From: Escherichia phage PSD2002
Sequence record: OK335775.1
DNA length: 64,000 nt
Strand: one strand, 5' to 3'
The stretch's first letter is position 1, and each line of letters starts with the position of its first letter. The position numbers were made by a program, and so were the translations under genes. Positions 9,865-19,460 of this stretch are shown here, piece by piece. The notes beneath the pieces are model-generated. The model was not told where the DNA came from and made no database searches. It saw only the letters and a program-made list of their open reading frames with translations.

Positions 9865-10952
9865 TAGAATCCTTCCGTATAAAGTGAGCCACGGTTAAGA
9901 GTAATAATTTCACGGAAAGTAACTTCTAAACTAAACGTAGATGGTAAGTTAGGAGCAATAGCCAATCCGTTAAAATGGCCGTCCGGAGTTTTATCAAAAC
10001 GGATACTCTGGATTTGGCATGGACCAAAAATATCTTCACGACCATCATATGAACTGCTATCACCAAAGTTTCGGATATACCAAATGGTTGGGTTACTTAC
10101 CACAATAACATTAGAAAGGAAGCTTGTAATACTTTCCCCTAATAGCTTACCGTCAAACTTGTCAATAGCTTCTTTTTTAAACGTAGAACGATACCAGGTA
10201 TCAATCTTATCTTTTAATTCGCCTGCGAAGGCTGAATTGCCTGTTTCGCCATAAGAATAGTAATTAAAGATTTCATATATTTTAATAATCTGGATAAGGT
10301 CTTGGGCATTTCGTGGAGTCATTTCCCAAGTGAATACCTTAGTACGGTTATCCGGGCCGGCGTACATACTACGAGCTGTAGTGTATATCTGTTCGCCTGA
10401 ATCAGCCATTACGCCGTTAGTCACAGATTCTAATGCACCAAATACCGCGGTACTAGCAACGTTACTTAAAATACCTGTAGCAGTACCACCGCCTTTAGTA
10501 ATTAAGGACTCACCAACATCATTAAATTTGTGTGATACGGAATCCACATCAGATTTAGAACGAGGTAAAAGGATATTAGCTAAGGCTTGGGTATCAAATT
10601 TAACGCCCTTAGTATTTCCACCAAATAAGTTTTTAACAGCACTATATGTTCCACTATTGCCTGTTAATTTGCTGGCTGCACTTGAGAACTTTTTAGTCAT
10701 TTGACTCGAACGGTCGTTACGCAAATCCGGAGATACACGAGAACTAAAATTATATGCGGTAAAAAGCAATCCATTTTTATAGAGGTCGTTTAATACCATA
10801 TCGGTTGAGGTATCATTACCTGAAGCCCGCTCAGCTGGATACTGAGCGGTTACCGTGGTTTTTATTGGTGGTGTTTTAGATTGACCTGCGGAGGTCTTTG
10901 AACCTCCTTTAAACAAGGAGGCTACATCAAAGTCAAGTTCTTTTACTTTCAT
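9864..10952 (-). CDS. 48: baseplate tail-tube cap gp48
   Basis: 362 aa (T4 gp48 364 aa); synteny. Confidence 0.8.
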   Translation of the reverse strand: MKVKELDFDVASLFKGGSKTSAGQSKTPPIKTTVTAQYPAERASGNDTSTDMVLNDLYKNGLLFTAYNFSSRVSPDLRNDRSSQMTKKFSSAASKLTGNSGTYSAVKNLFGGNTKGVKFDTQALANILLPRSKSDVDSVSHKFNDVGESLITKGGGTATGILSNVASTAVFGALESVTNGVMADSGEQIYTTARSMYAGPDNRTKVFTWEMTPRNAQDLIQIIKIYEIFNYYSYGETGNSAFAGELKDKIDTWYRSTFKKEAIDKFDGKLLGESITSFLSNVIVVSNPTIWYIRNFGDSSSYDGREDIFGPCQIQSIRFDKTPDGHFNGLAIAPNLPSTFSLEVTFREIITLNRGSLYTEGF

Positions 10953-10960
10953 TATTAATC

Positions 10961-12697
10961 CTAATTAACTTTAGTAGCTTGACGCATACCAGGAGCAGGA
11001 GTAGAGGACTGTGGAGGCATATTATAGCTTGTCTTACTCGTTTTCTTGATATTCGTTTGCTGATTTATTTGAGTTGGAGCTTGCTGACTATATTTAGCAT
11101 TTTCCTTTGCTCTCATTTGCTCATCAACCTTTTTAACCTGGGTATTTTCAGGAGATTCCGCTACAGAAGCAGGTTTAGGCTTTTCAGCTTCATTAAATTT
11201 CTCTAAAGATTTATTCATCTTATCAAGTAATTGCTGGATATTAAGGTCTTTCGGTGCCCCACCTTTAGCCATAATAGGGTCGGCCAATTGTTTCTCGATA
11301 TCAGCTTTAAATGCTTTAGCATTTTCGATATCTTTAGAATCTGGCTTCATTATATTATCAGCGGTTTGTGTCAAACGAATAATATCAGCCTGAGCTTTAT
11401 CACGTTTCTTGAAATACTCTAAACGTTCTTCTTCAGGGAGGTCACGGAAGCTTGTGTCAATTCCACCTGCGCGTAATTGGTCGGCTTGTTCTTTAGTAAG
11501 ATTACCGTATTTCTCTGCCTGGTTTATAAGCTCAGGTTTATCCTTATACTTCTTATTCATTTTCTCGGCTGTTTCTAAAGCCTCGGCTGAACGTCTATCA
11601 TGGTACTTGGCCACTTTAGTTTGGTCTTCATCGTCCAAAGTGGCTCCGGTATTTTGCTGATATGACATTAAAGCAGAAGCCTCTACGTTTTCAGCTAAAT
11701 CACCCATACCAGGTATTTTACTTAAAATAGCAGAAATCAACTTAGAAATACCAAGCATTAAAAGTTGTGCCATATTTTTGGTAAGATTAACCATACCACG
11801 AATAATAGCTTCAGCCAGACCTAACCAGTTTCCTTCACTAAACATGGCTTCAGCATTCTTGGCCCATGTCATTAGCCCTTCAAGTAATGGTCCCCACTCT
11901 TTAAACTTATCGTTAAATTCTTTCCACCCTGACTCAAATTGGTCCATGAAATATTGGAAGTATACGCGAATGGCATCTATACCAAATATTAAAAGGACTA
12001 AACCTGCTGCGAGTTTAGCAGCTTCAGCGGCAGCGGTAATGGTATACTTAAAAAGCATGCCTGAAATTCTATCAGCGACGCCTATAGAAGCTTTAAATCC
12101 CTTTTCAGTTATTTTAGTAAGGGCTTCGATTTTCTCGGAAAGAGAAGTCTTATCACCTTCTTTACCTTCATCTGAATTTTTAGGAGGCTCAGGCATAAAT
12201 TCGGCGTCAGGTTTATTATCTTCAGGTGGAAGAATATCTTCAACAACAGCAGGAACTTTAGGAGTTTCGGCCTTAGGTTCTTCTGGAATAGAGTCTTCAA
12301 TAACCTTTAATGAGCTCCCTTCCGGTGGAATAGAAATACCAGAAAATTTAGCCTCCAACATATTAGAAAGCTTATTAATCTTTTCGTTTAATGCATCCGA
12401 AAGAGCTTTAGACTGTTGGGTTTGTTCTGATATGGCTTCGGCCGTTAATTCTGTTCCAGCGACAACATCTTGGACGCTTTTGTCTACTCGGTCTACAGAA
12501 TTAATAATCTGGTTAGACTTTGTCTCAACAACTTCAGAGAGCAATTCAGACGCCGCCTGGGAATCGGATAAAACATCTGATATATTTCCTAATTCGTCGT
12601 TCTGAGTTTGGGCTAGCGCCTCAGCACGACGCTGAGGAGCCATTTCTTCAATCAGTTTATTGCGACGAAAACTATTCTGATTAGATTCGTTCTTCAT
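10961..12697 (-). CDS. 29: baseplate hub / tail-length determinant gp29
   Basis: 578 aa (T4 gp29 590 aa); coiled-coil rich, low-complexity; synteny. Confidence 0.75.
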   Translation of the reverse strand: MKNESNQNSFRRNKLIEEMAPQRRAEALAQTQNDELGNISDVLSDSQAASELLSEVVETKSNQIINSVDRVDKSVQDVVAGTELTAEAISEQTQQSKALSDALNEKINKLSNMLEAKFSGISIPPEGSSLKVIEDSIPEEPKAETPKVPAVVEDILPPEDNKPDAEFMPEPPKNSDEGKEGDKTSLSEKIEALTKITEKGFKASIGVADRISGMLFKYTITAAAEAAKLAAGLVLLIFGIDAIRVYFQYFMDQFESGWKEFNDKFKEWGPLLEGLMTWAKNAEAMFSEGNWLGLAEAIIRGMVNLTKNMAQLLMLGISKLISAILSKIPGMGDLAENVEASALMSYQQNTGATLDDEDQTKVAKYHDRRSAEALETAEKMNKKYKDKPELINQAEKYGNLTKEQADQLRAGGIDTSFRDLPEEERLEYFKKRDKAQADIIRLTQTADNIMKPDSKDIENAKAFKADIEKQLADPIMAKGGAPKDLNIQQLLDKMNKSLEKFNEAEKPKPASVAESPENTQVKKVDEQMRAKENAKYSQQAPTQINQQTNIKKTSKTSYNMPPQSSTPAPGMRQATKVN

Positions 12698-13208
12698 TTA
12701 AGATATCCATGATTTTAAGCAATCCTTTGATAGGACCATTAGGACCAGGGATAGCTACAGTAGAAGTTATATCGTCGGCCCATGTAGCAACAAAGGCAGG
12801 CATATCCAGAAAATCTGGTACATCATCACCAAGATAAAGAGATTGTAGTACACTATCAACAGGACCAAATGTTTGAAATGGTTCATGTGATTTAAATTTA
12901 AACGTTTTACCTTGGAACTGGAATTCAAGTCGTTGGCAAATATAAAGGTCATTTAAATTATATGTGAATCCATCTTTAGTTACTTTTTCTTTTAATCGTC
13001 CGTTGAATTCTAAAAGGTGTAAAGCAGCAAAATCTGTTTCTGCTGCAGACAGTCCTTTACAAATGGATTCCATTGTCATATAGAGGGCCTTGTAAGGGTC
13101 CTTTTCATCTTTAACCAATTTCTGGTGTTTAAGACCCAATTTAGGAATGGAAATCTCTTTGTCACCCAGCGTTATTTTCTTGATCGGGAGTATCAGTTTT
13201 AAGTTCAT
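12681..13208 (-). CDS. 28: baseplate hub distal subunit gp28
   Basis: Track ORF 12681..13250 trimmed to internal ATG ([11 protein letters not shown]) with GAAGG RBS, giving about 175 aa (T4 gp28 177 aa); synteny. Confidence 0.7.
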   Translation of the reverse strand: MNLKLILPIKKITLGDKEISIPKLGLKHQKLVKDEKDPYKALYMTMESICKGLSAAETDFAALHLLEFNGRLKEKVTKDGFTYNLNDLYICQRLEFQFQGKTFKFKSHEPFQTFGPVDSVLQSLYLGDDVPDFLDMPAFVATWADDITSTVAIPGPNGPIKGLLKIMDILNEERI

Positions 13209-14331
13209 TTTTAACCTTCGGCGGTTCTTCAATCTTAATAGGCTTACCATTAGTAAACATATAAAGGTTTGTAATTGATGTATTGTTACTCACTTCATGA
13301 ATAACTTCGTCTACATAAAAATCGTACTGGAATTGGTTTTTAGGGTCATAGAAATTAATCTTATCGCCTGGAGTTAGTTCAAAGTTACCATATACCTTAC
13401 AATGAGCGTATCCATCGTATTGGGCCATAGTAACTAATCTATCGGCTTCTTCAAAACCGTTTCGGTAGGTATAATCAGAATATCCACCGGAGCGAGAAAC
13501 CAATATACTGTTTTGCCCGTCACCAAAAGTAATTCGTGTGGCGTTTTTGTCTAAGAAAGAGTGGGCGTATACAGTAGCGTTTTCATATGGTTTTCTGGAA
13601 TGTTGGTTGGCTTTAGTTAACCATTCAAAATCAAATGCGATAGGTGTATCCATATCTTGAACGTATTGACCTATTAATCGCGGCTCACCCACTACAAAAT
13701 TAATAGGCTCTTGGTTAACCATAAATTCGTAGTCCATGATAGAAATACCATCTATATCTTCCCAGACAAATACAAATTTATCAGATTCAACGGCCATACC
13801 TACTTCTCGTACAAATTCCATATAACGGTCCATTGAATCACACCAAGGAACATTAGGAACGTAAACGTTTATCCCGTTCAAAGGAGGAGCAAGAAGCGGA
13901 CGGTCTTGATAAATAACACCAATCATTTCAGTTAATGTTTCTTGAACACTCGGGAAGAACATACGACTAAATTTAAGATTCTCTAAAAAGTGGATTGGGG
14001 CGAGTTGTATTGTTATGATATTGTCGCCCTTCGAATCCACTCCTACAGCAAAGTGTTTACTTCCATAAATTCTTGATTGGGTACGTTCAGAGTTAGCATT
14101 CTTAACAGAAATTTGAATAATCTGCTCACCGTCCATTTTAGTATGAAGGTTCTTTGCATCATAAAACTGAAGCAACCCTTCATTACTACCGTAAAGCCCA
14201 TCTCGCATTGTTAGAGTAGTAAATGTCGCGCCTAGTTCAACAAAACGATGCTCTAACCAGGCGTCATAATCTTCGTAAAGGCGTATACTAATATTAGGAA
14301 AGCCTTCACGTTGCATAGTTTTTGAACTCAT
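13162..14331 (-). CDS. 27: baseplate hub subunit gp27
   Basis: 389 aa (T4 gp27 391 aa); N-terminal region ([16 protein letters not shown]...) resembles T4 gp27. Confidence 0.85.
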   Translation of the reverse strand: MSSKTMQREGFPNISIRLYEDYDAWLEHRFVELGATFTTLTMRDGLYGSNEGLLQFYDAKNLHTKMDGEQIIQISVKNANSERTQSRIYGSKHFAVGVDSKGDNIITIQLAPIHFLENLKFSRMFFPSVQETLTEMIGVIYQDRPLLAPPLNGINVYVPNVPWCDSMDRYMEFVREVGMAVESDKFVFVWEDIDGISIMDYEFMVNQEPINFVVGEPRLIGQYVQDMDTPIAFDFEWLTKANQHSRKPYENATVYAHSFLDKNATRITFGDGQNSILVSRSGGYSDYTYRNGFEEADRLVTMAQYDGYAHCKVYGNFELTPGDKINFYDPKNQFQYDFYVDEVIHEVSNNTSITNLYMFTNGKPIKIEEPPKVKNELKTDTPDQENNAG

Positions 14332-15080
14332 TTCTTAAGGTCCTTTTCAACCAAAGACAAAGCAATACCGCGTTCGATTGGAATCATCTGCATAATGCTT
14401 TCTAATGAATAATTGTTCTTTACCAGTAAATGGTTTATTTGGTAAAATAAAAATATCTCATCCGGGTTGACTATAAGCTTAAACACCTCTAAAATATCGG
14501 TATACGTAATTGTTCTACGATTACAGCATCCATATTTTAGTTCAAAATTAATAGGGCTAGTTTGTTTGACTATATCCTCTAAAGTGGATAAGTCTATAGC
14601 ATCTATTACGGCTAATTGGTCTTCTTCAGAAAGGTCAGTCCAATTATATTTCCCGTTTTCATCTTCCACGGTTTGGAGGGTGTTCAGAATCAATTCGGAT
14701 TTGTCTTGATATTCTATTTCCGGAAATTTGAATGTTAGCTTCAAGCCGGCCACTTCAATTGTGGGATTATCTAACTTGGTCTGTTTCAAATTGAATAAAA
14801 CTTGTCTATCCTTTTCACACTTACTACAAGTGTATCGGATAGGAATTTTGGTCTTGCCGAGTGATGACGTATAAAGTTCAATGAACATATATGGGCGCCA
14901 TGACATAGGATATTCACCGAAGTATTCTTCCAGTAACTCATCTAAAATTTGTTTTTGCTCTTCAGGTGATTTATTATTCATGTCATTTCGAATCAAAATA
15001 AAATCACGATAATCAGCTACTGTAAAAGGTTTAAATCGGTGGACTCCATCAGGCATTTCACAACGTACTATATTAGCCAT
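14328..15080 (-). CDS. 51: baseplate hub assembly catalyst gp51
   Basis: Track ORF 14328..15131 trimmed to ATG at 15080 ([12 protein letters not shown]); about 250 aa (T4 gp51 249 aa); late promoter immediately upstream. Confidence 0.7.
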   Translation of the reverse strand: MANIVRCEMPDGVHRFKPFTVADYRDFILIRNDMNNKSPEEQKQILDELLEEYFGEYPMSWRPYMFIELYTSSLGKTKIPIRYTCSKCEKDRQVLFNLKQTKLDNPTIEVAGLKLTFKFPEIEYQDKSELILNTLQTVEDENGKYNWTDLSEEDQLAVIDAIDLSTLEDIVKQTSPINFELKYGCCNRRTITYTDILEVFKLIVNPDEIFLFYQINHLLVKNNYSLESIMQMIPIERGIALSLVEKDLKK

Positions 15081-15100
15081 AGGGTGTCCTCTTATTGATG

Positions 15101-15112
15101 TATTTATAAATA
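15101..15112. promoter_or_regulatory. bidirectional late promoter: palindrome TATTTATAAATA gives TATAAATA on both strands
   Basis: TATAAATA at 15105-15112 on + (gp26 ATG 15131) and on the reverse strand at 15101-15108 (gp51 ATG 15080). Confidence 0.6.
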
Positions 15113-15130
15113 AGCTTAAAGGAGAAGACA

Positions 15131-15754
15131 ATGAATTATACTTTTGACGTAAAAATTAAAAACAAAACCATAAAATGCAGAGCATTTACCCTCAGAGAGT
15201 ATAAGGACTTGCTCCAAGCTAAATTAGAAGGCAGAATAGAGTCCTTTATCAATGAACTCATTTCGAATTGCACAGATGCTCGTGATTTAAACAAGCAAGA
15301 ATCTGAGCTCCTGGTGATAAACCTGTGGGCCCATTCATTAGCTGAAGTGAATATAGAACGTGAGTGGAGTTGTAGTTGTGGCCGCTCACAGGTTGTCCCT
15401 ATGACACTAACTCGAGCAACATTGGGTAAAGAGCCGGATGTTATTAAAGACTTTGGCAACTTTAAAATTGTTTTCAGATATCCTAAACTCTTTGAAGATA
15501 AAAATAGAGCTATGATGGTCGCAGGGTGTATCGATTATATTTTAACTTCTGCAGGCGAAAAGCTTCTTCTTTCCGATTTAAGCGGTGCGGAACTTGATGA
15601 CCTTTATTCTGTGATAACAGAAAAAGATATAAAAGAAGTTTATGATGCACTAGTCGCCCCTAAGCCTATTTTGGCTATACCTATTTCTTGTGAATGTGGT
15701 GAACACACCGTCCACGTTATTGAGGGACTTAAAGAGTTCTTTAAGGTGATGTAA
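15131..15754 (+). CDS. 26: baseplate hub subunit gp26
   Basis: 207 aa (T4 gp26 208 aa); RBS AAAGGAGAA; late promoter; synteny with gp25. Confidence 0.75.
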   Translation: MNYTFDVKIKNKTIKCRAFTLREYKDLLQAKLEGRIESFINELISNCTDARDLNKQESELLVINLWAHSLAEVNIEREWSCSCGRSQVVPMTLTRATLGKEPDVIKDFGNFKIVFRYPKLFEDKNRAMMVAGCIDYILTSAGEKLLLSDLSGAELDDLYSVITEKDIKEVYDALVAPKPILAIPISCECGEHTVHVIEGLKEFFKVM

Positions 15755-16143
15755 TGAATATCAATAAAATGTATTCAGATTTAGACCCTGAAATGAGGAC
15801 GTCTTGGAATAGAGACGTCGCTAAAGCTACAGGTGCTCGCGCAGTAAAAAATAGTTTGTTAGGCATTATTACTACTCGCAAGGGTTCGCGCCCTTTTATG
15901 CCTGAATTCGGTTGTGACATCAGCAACCAATTGTTTGAGAATATTACTCCATTAATCACGGATACCATTAAGCGTAATATAGTTTCCGCAGTGCGGAACT
16001 TCGAACCCAGAATTTCTGCTCTAGCTGTAGGTGTGACACCTGTGTACGATGATAACTCGATTATCGTGACCGTTCAGTTTAGTATCGTTGATGACCCAGA
16101 TACATTAGAGCAAATTAGAATCCAGCTCTCACAGAGTGGTTAA
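15754..16143 (+). CDS. 25: baseplate wedge protein gp25
   Basis: 129 aa; sequence (GIITTRKGSRPFMPEFGCD...) closely resembles T4 gp25; TAATG overlap with gp26. Confidence 0.9.
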   Translation: MNINKMYSDLDPEMRTSWNRDVAKATGARAVKNSLLGIITTRKGSRPFMPEFGCDISNQLFENITPLITDTIKRNIVSAVRNFEPRISALAVGVTPVYDDNSIIVTVQFSIVDDPDTLEQIRIQLSQSG

Positions 16144-16170
16144 TTGCTGTTCAAATGAATAGTGTATAAT
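16143..16170 (+). promoter_or_regulatory. candidate MotA-dependent middle promoter for uvsY
   Basis: TTGCTGTT (MotA-box-like, TGCT at about -32) and TATAAT at 16165-16170. Confidence 0.35.
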
Positions 16171-16201
16171 GGTCCTATGGTTATTACACAGGAAACATGC
16201 G

Positions 16202-16636
16202 ATGAGTAAAGAGATTGAGTACAAGTTGGAGTCGTTTCAAGATGCTTTGGATGAAGATTTAAAGATTGATGGGACTCGTTTACAGTACGAAGTACAGAAC
16301 AACGTTTTGCTGCACAGCAAATGGCTAAGGCTGTATACGAATTGTAAGAAAGAAATAATGAGATTAGAAATCCAGAAAAAGACCTCACTTAAGAAGCGAT
16401 TAGATTTCTACACGGGACGTGGAGAGCCTGGTGATGAGGTTTGTATGGACCAATATGAGAAATCTGAATTAAAGACCGTTATGGCTGCGGATTCTAGTGT
16501 AATTAAAATCGACACATCAATTCAGTATTGGGCTTTATTACAAGACTTTTGTAGTTCAGCACTTGATGCTATTAAGGCGCGTGGTTTTAACCTTAAGACC
16601 ATGCATGAGATGAGACAATTTGAGGCGGGCAAATGA
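16202..16636 (+). CDS. uvsY: recombination mediator UvsY
   Basis: Track ORF 16169..16636 trimmed to MSKEIEYKLESF...; strongly resembles T4 UvsY (LQYE...KSE.KTV.AD..V.K.DTS.QYW..L.DFCS.ALDAIK.RGF). Confidence 0.9.
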   Translation: MSKEIEYKLESFQDALDEDLKIDGTRLQYEVQNNVLLHSKWLRLYTNCKKEIMRLEIQKKTSLKKRLDFYTGRGEPGDEVCMDQYEKSELKTVMAADSSVIKIDTSIQYWALLQDFCSSALDAIKARGFNLKTMHEMRQFEAGK

Positions 16637-16737
16637 GTTATCGTAAACCAGTCATCAATAAATGCCCTAAACCATCTAAAGAGCGGATGGACGAACTCCA
16701 AAAATTCATTAATGCTGCTTTAGCAAGTAATAAATAG
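16633..16737 (+). CDS. small hypothetical ORF (34 aa), ATGA overlap with uvsY stop
   Basis: ATG overlapping uvsY TGA; position of T4 uvsY.-1; below track cutoff. Confidence 0.3.
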   Translation: MSYRKPVINKCPKPSKERMDELQKFINAALASNK

Positions 16738-16765
16738 GTATGTAAGTTAAACTAAGGAGACAATC

Positions 16766-16933
16766 ATGTCAGATAAGATTTGCGTTGTCTGTAAAACTCC
16801 AATCGATGCTGCATTGGTTGTTGAAACAGAAAAAGGTCCGGTTCATCCGGGCTCATGCTATAATTACGTTCAAAGCCTGCCGGTTACGGAAAACACTGAA
16901 GAACAGCTGAACGAAACCCAATTACTACTTTAG
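16766..16933 (+). CDS. small Cys-containing hypothetical protein (55 aa)
   Basis: Strong RBS AAGGAGA 7 nt before ATG; MSDKICVVCKTP...GSCYNY; terminator directly downstream; below track cutoff. Confidence 0.35.
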   Translation: MSDKICVVCKTPIDAALVVETEKGPVHPGSCYNYVQSLPVTENTEEQLNETQLLL

Positions 16934-16962
16934 TCTAGTGTGTATAGCCATTTATGGTTATT

Positions 16963-16990
16963 GGCCCTTCCGAAAGGTTGGGCCTTTTTT
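16963..16990 (+). terminator. rho-independent terminator GGCCCTTCCGAAAGGTTGGGCC + T6 (repeated element)
   Basis: GC stem plus T-run; near-identical copies at about 62337 and 62980. Confidence 0.6.
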
Positions 16991-16992
16991 GT

Positions 16993-17220
16993 TTAGAAAT
17001 CTTCCTCTTCCTCGTCGTCCATCGACTCCAATTCAGCTCTCTTACCAGCCAATGCATCACGCACGCTAATATCATCCGAATCACGAAGTTCGGCTTCCTT
17101 ACTACGAGTTTTGTAATACTTTTCCAATTCCTTCAGACCATCCATAGTCTGACAAGAACCAATTTTAGCCATGAAGCTTTCAATAGATGCTTCTTGAATA
17201 ACTTCTTTAAAGGTTTTCAT
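16993..17220 (-). CDS. uvsW.1: UvsW.1-like small acidic protein
   Basis: 75 aa (T4 UvsW.1 76 aa); position downstream of uvsW. Confidence 0.55.
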   Translation of the reverse strand: MKTFKEVIQEASIESFMAKIGSCQTMDGLKELEKYYKTRSKEAELRDSDDISVRDALAGKRAELESMDDEEEEDF

Positions 17221-17912
17221 AAATCCACCTGTTTCATTAAATTTCTGATTTTGTGACGAGAAAGACCCGTGGCTTCAGAAGCTTGTTTCATCGAGCCATA
17301 TTCAACACCATTTATAGTAACCTTTTTAGCTGCCGGGTTTTTAGATGGGTCTTTATATCTTTCTTTAGCTTTATCTGAAATTTTCTTAGAAGCTTCAGGG
17401 GTATGATTTTTACCATACATGCCGTTGCCGGCACCGGAATTTCTTTCAGATATAGCTTGACATTGTTCTTGCGTGTATTTATAAGGATTCGCTTTTTTAG
17501 TTGCAGATATTTTATCGCCCCATAAAATAGGTCTACCTTTAAATAAATTGCTCATATATTCTTTATGAGCTTCAGTGTGGTGCTTACCGTAAAATGGATT
17601 TCCTTCTCCAGTCTGAAGAATTGCCAATTGCCTACGTTCCCACCCATATGATTTACTAAATTGTCTTTTATGAGTCCTGGAGCTCATACCCATAGAAATA
17701 ACAGCTTTTATGAGACCGTAGTTATTTGGATAAATTTTGGCCAGTAATTTATGAGCTATAAAATGTTCTTCTGGGGTAAGGCGTACTCTATTTTCTTGAG
17801 TATCAGGCCCACCAATACACGACGGGATAATATGATGAGATTCTGTATAACCCATAGGTTTAGAAGCCTTTCGGCTTCTAATTAAATTGTCATAAATTTT
17901 TTGATAATTCAA
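17217..17912 (-). CDS. free-standing HNH homing endonuclease with NUMOD3 and NUMOD1 motifs; TTG start
   Basis: HNH motif HHIIPSCIGG...ENRVRLTPEEHFIAH; NUMOD3-like NPFYGKHHTEAHKEYMS and NGMYGKNHTPEASKKIS; C-terminal HTH; first codon reads TTG, overlapping the uvsW stop. Confidence 0.85.
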   Translation of the reverse strand: MNYQKIYDNLIRSRKASKPMGYTESHHIIPSCIGGPDTQENRVRLTPEEHFIAHKLLAKIYPNNYGLIKAVISMGMSSRTHKRQFSKSYGWERRQLAILQTGEGNPFYGKHHTEAHKEYMSNLFKGRPILWGDKISATKKANPYKYTQEQCQAISERNSGAGNGMYGKNHTPEASKKISDKAKERYKDPSKNPAAKKVTINGVEYGSMKQASEATGLSRHKIRNLMKQVDL

Positions 17913-19405
17913 ATTTGGACCTCTTTCATGACATAATTAAATTTCTCGTCTGCGTACCGTTGAATACGTTCTAATCCATGTTTTAATGCATAATTTAGGT
18001 GAATGTATTTCTTTTTAGAATCTTTGGATTTAGGTTTCACCCCCATGTCATCGATGATGTCAAAAACTTGGGCTGTTGTTTTAGATTTGTGTTTACGTAA
18101 AACCCTTCCTATGGTTTGCAGTACCGTTACCTTGGATTTTACTGGATGGGCAAATACAACGTGGTGAAGGTTCTTAACGGAAATACCTGTAGAGAACACA
18201 CCATAACTTGCCACAACAATAATACCCTTACCATTTTCCGCCATTACCTTCAGAGCATTACGCGTTTCGGTATTAACTTCACCCGATACGTAATAAACTT
18301 CTTTATGTTGCTCTTTAACCATTTCAAAAAGAGTTTTACCGTGTTCGATGTTTTTAAACATCAGGAATACGTTCTCTTCTTTCTTAGCGAGTTTAACAGC
18401 TAAATTAGCAACCCATTTATTACGACGAGTAGCCTTAGTAATGACCTTGATTTCTGATTGGTAATCTTTACCTTTCATTTTAACCGTGAATTCGTCTGGG
18501 TATCGAAGGAAAATACTGTTGATTTTAAGGTCAGTAACCTGTCCTTCTTCCATTAATTGGGAGGTGGATACTGGCTTAAACACATCACCAAACAAGCCCA
18601 TATATTGCATTAAATTAGCTTTACCATCTTTTAAAGAACCCGACAAACCGAATTTAAACATACAGTTGGTTAGGCCTTCGATGATAGTAGAAATAGATTT
18701 ACCTGTAGCCAAATGGCATTCGTCGTTCATAAACATACCGAACTGAGCAAACCATTCTTTAGGTTGCTTGATAGCGGTTTGATAAGTTGAAACATAAATC
18801 ATTGCATCGGAATCACGAGCAGTACCTGAACGAATACCAAGCATTGCGGCTTTAGGGAACAGACGATAATCGATGAAGTCATTAATCATCTGGTCGACAA
18901 GTGCAGTAGTAGGAACTAATATAAGGATTTTACCTTCATAGTTCTCAACGTAATATCGACTCAGGAGCGCCTGGATTAATGATTTACCTGCGGATGTAGG
19001 TAAATTCAGAATTGCACGACGTTTTGTCAGGCCGTTGTATACGGCTTCATTCTGATACCAATGAGGCTCAATCTTGGTAGACCCTGAATAAATTTCTTGA
19101 GAAGCCACCCATGAGTCAAAATCTTCACGAGAAATATCTTCCTGTTCAAGAATACGTGGGTCAATCCACAGAGAGTATTCAAATTGTTCAGCGAACTTTT
19201 TAATTTGAGGAACCAATCCATATGGCAGTTTACGGTTATAATCCAGAAGGCGAATACGTCCGTCCCATTGACCATAACGAAATTTAGGGTTGAATTTATA
19301 TCCATCAGCTTCAAAGCTAAAATAGTCTCTGAGTTCGTAGAATGTAGATTCATCGCATTCAATACGGACATGACTAAAATTATCAAAATGTACTTGAATT
19401 TGCAT
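17909..19405 (-). CDS. uvsW: UvsW helicase
   Basis: 498 aa; Walker A (PTSAGKS), DECH box; N-terminus resembles T4 UvsW. Confidence 0.9.
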   Translation of the reverse strand: MQIQVHFDNFSHVRIECDESTFYELRDYFSFEADGYKFNPKFRYGQWDGRIRLLDYNRKLPYGLVPQIKKFAEQFEYSLWIDPRILEQEDISREDFDSWVASQEIYSGSTKIEPHWYQNEAVYNGLTKRRAILNLPTSAGKSLIQALLSRYYVENYEGKILILVPTTALVDQMINDFIDYRLFPKAAMLGIRSGTARDSDAMIYVSTYQTAIKQPKEWFAQFGMFMNDECHLATGKSISTIIEGLTNCMFKFGLSGSLKDGKANLMQYMGLFGDVFKPVSTSQLMEEGQVTDLKINSIFLRYPDEFTVKMKGKDYQSEIKVITKATRRNKWVANLAVKLAKKEENVFLMFKNIEHGKTLFEMVKEQHKEVYYVSGEVNTETRNALKVMAENGKGIIVVASYGVFSTGISVKNLHHVVFAHPVKSKVTVLQTIGRVLRKHKSKTTAQVFDIIDDMGVKPKSKDSKKKYIHLNYALKHGLERIQRYADEKFNYVMKEVQI

Positions 19406-19419
19406 AAGTAATTCTCAGT

Positions 19420-19441
19420 TATAAATATAGTTATATTTATA
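19420..19441. promoter_or_regulatory. divergent late promoters (TATAAATA on + for inh/hoc; TATAAATA on the reverse strand for uvsW)
   Basis: TATAAATA at 19420-19427 (+) and complement of TATTTATA at 19434-19441. Confidence 0.55.
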
Positions 19442-19460
19442 CACCAACAAGAGACTAATT

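Noticed and set aside
11778-12605. 275-aa + strand ORF antisense to gp29
   Set aside because: Ser-rich low-complexity sequence inside a conserved structural gene on the other strand
17855-17912. Alternative ATG start for the HNH endonuclease at codon 20
   Set aside because: Would remove the conserved N-terminal MNYQKIYDNLI segment typical of this family; TTG start with upstream AAGAGG preferred, though unverified
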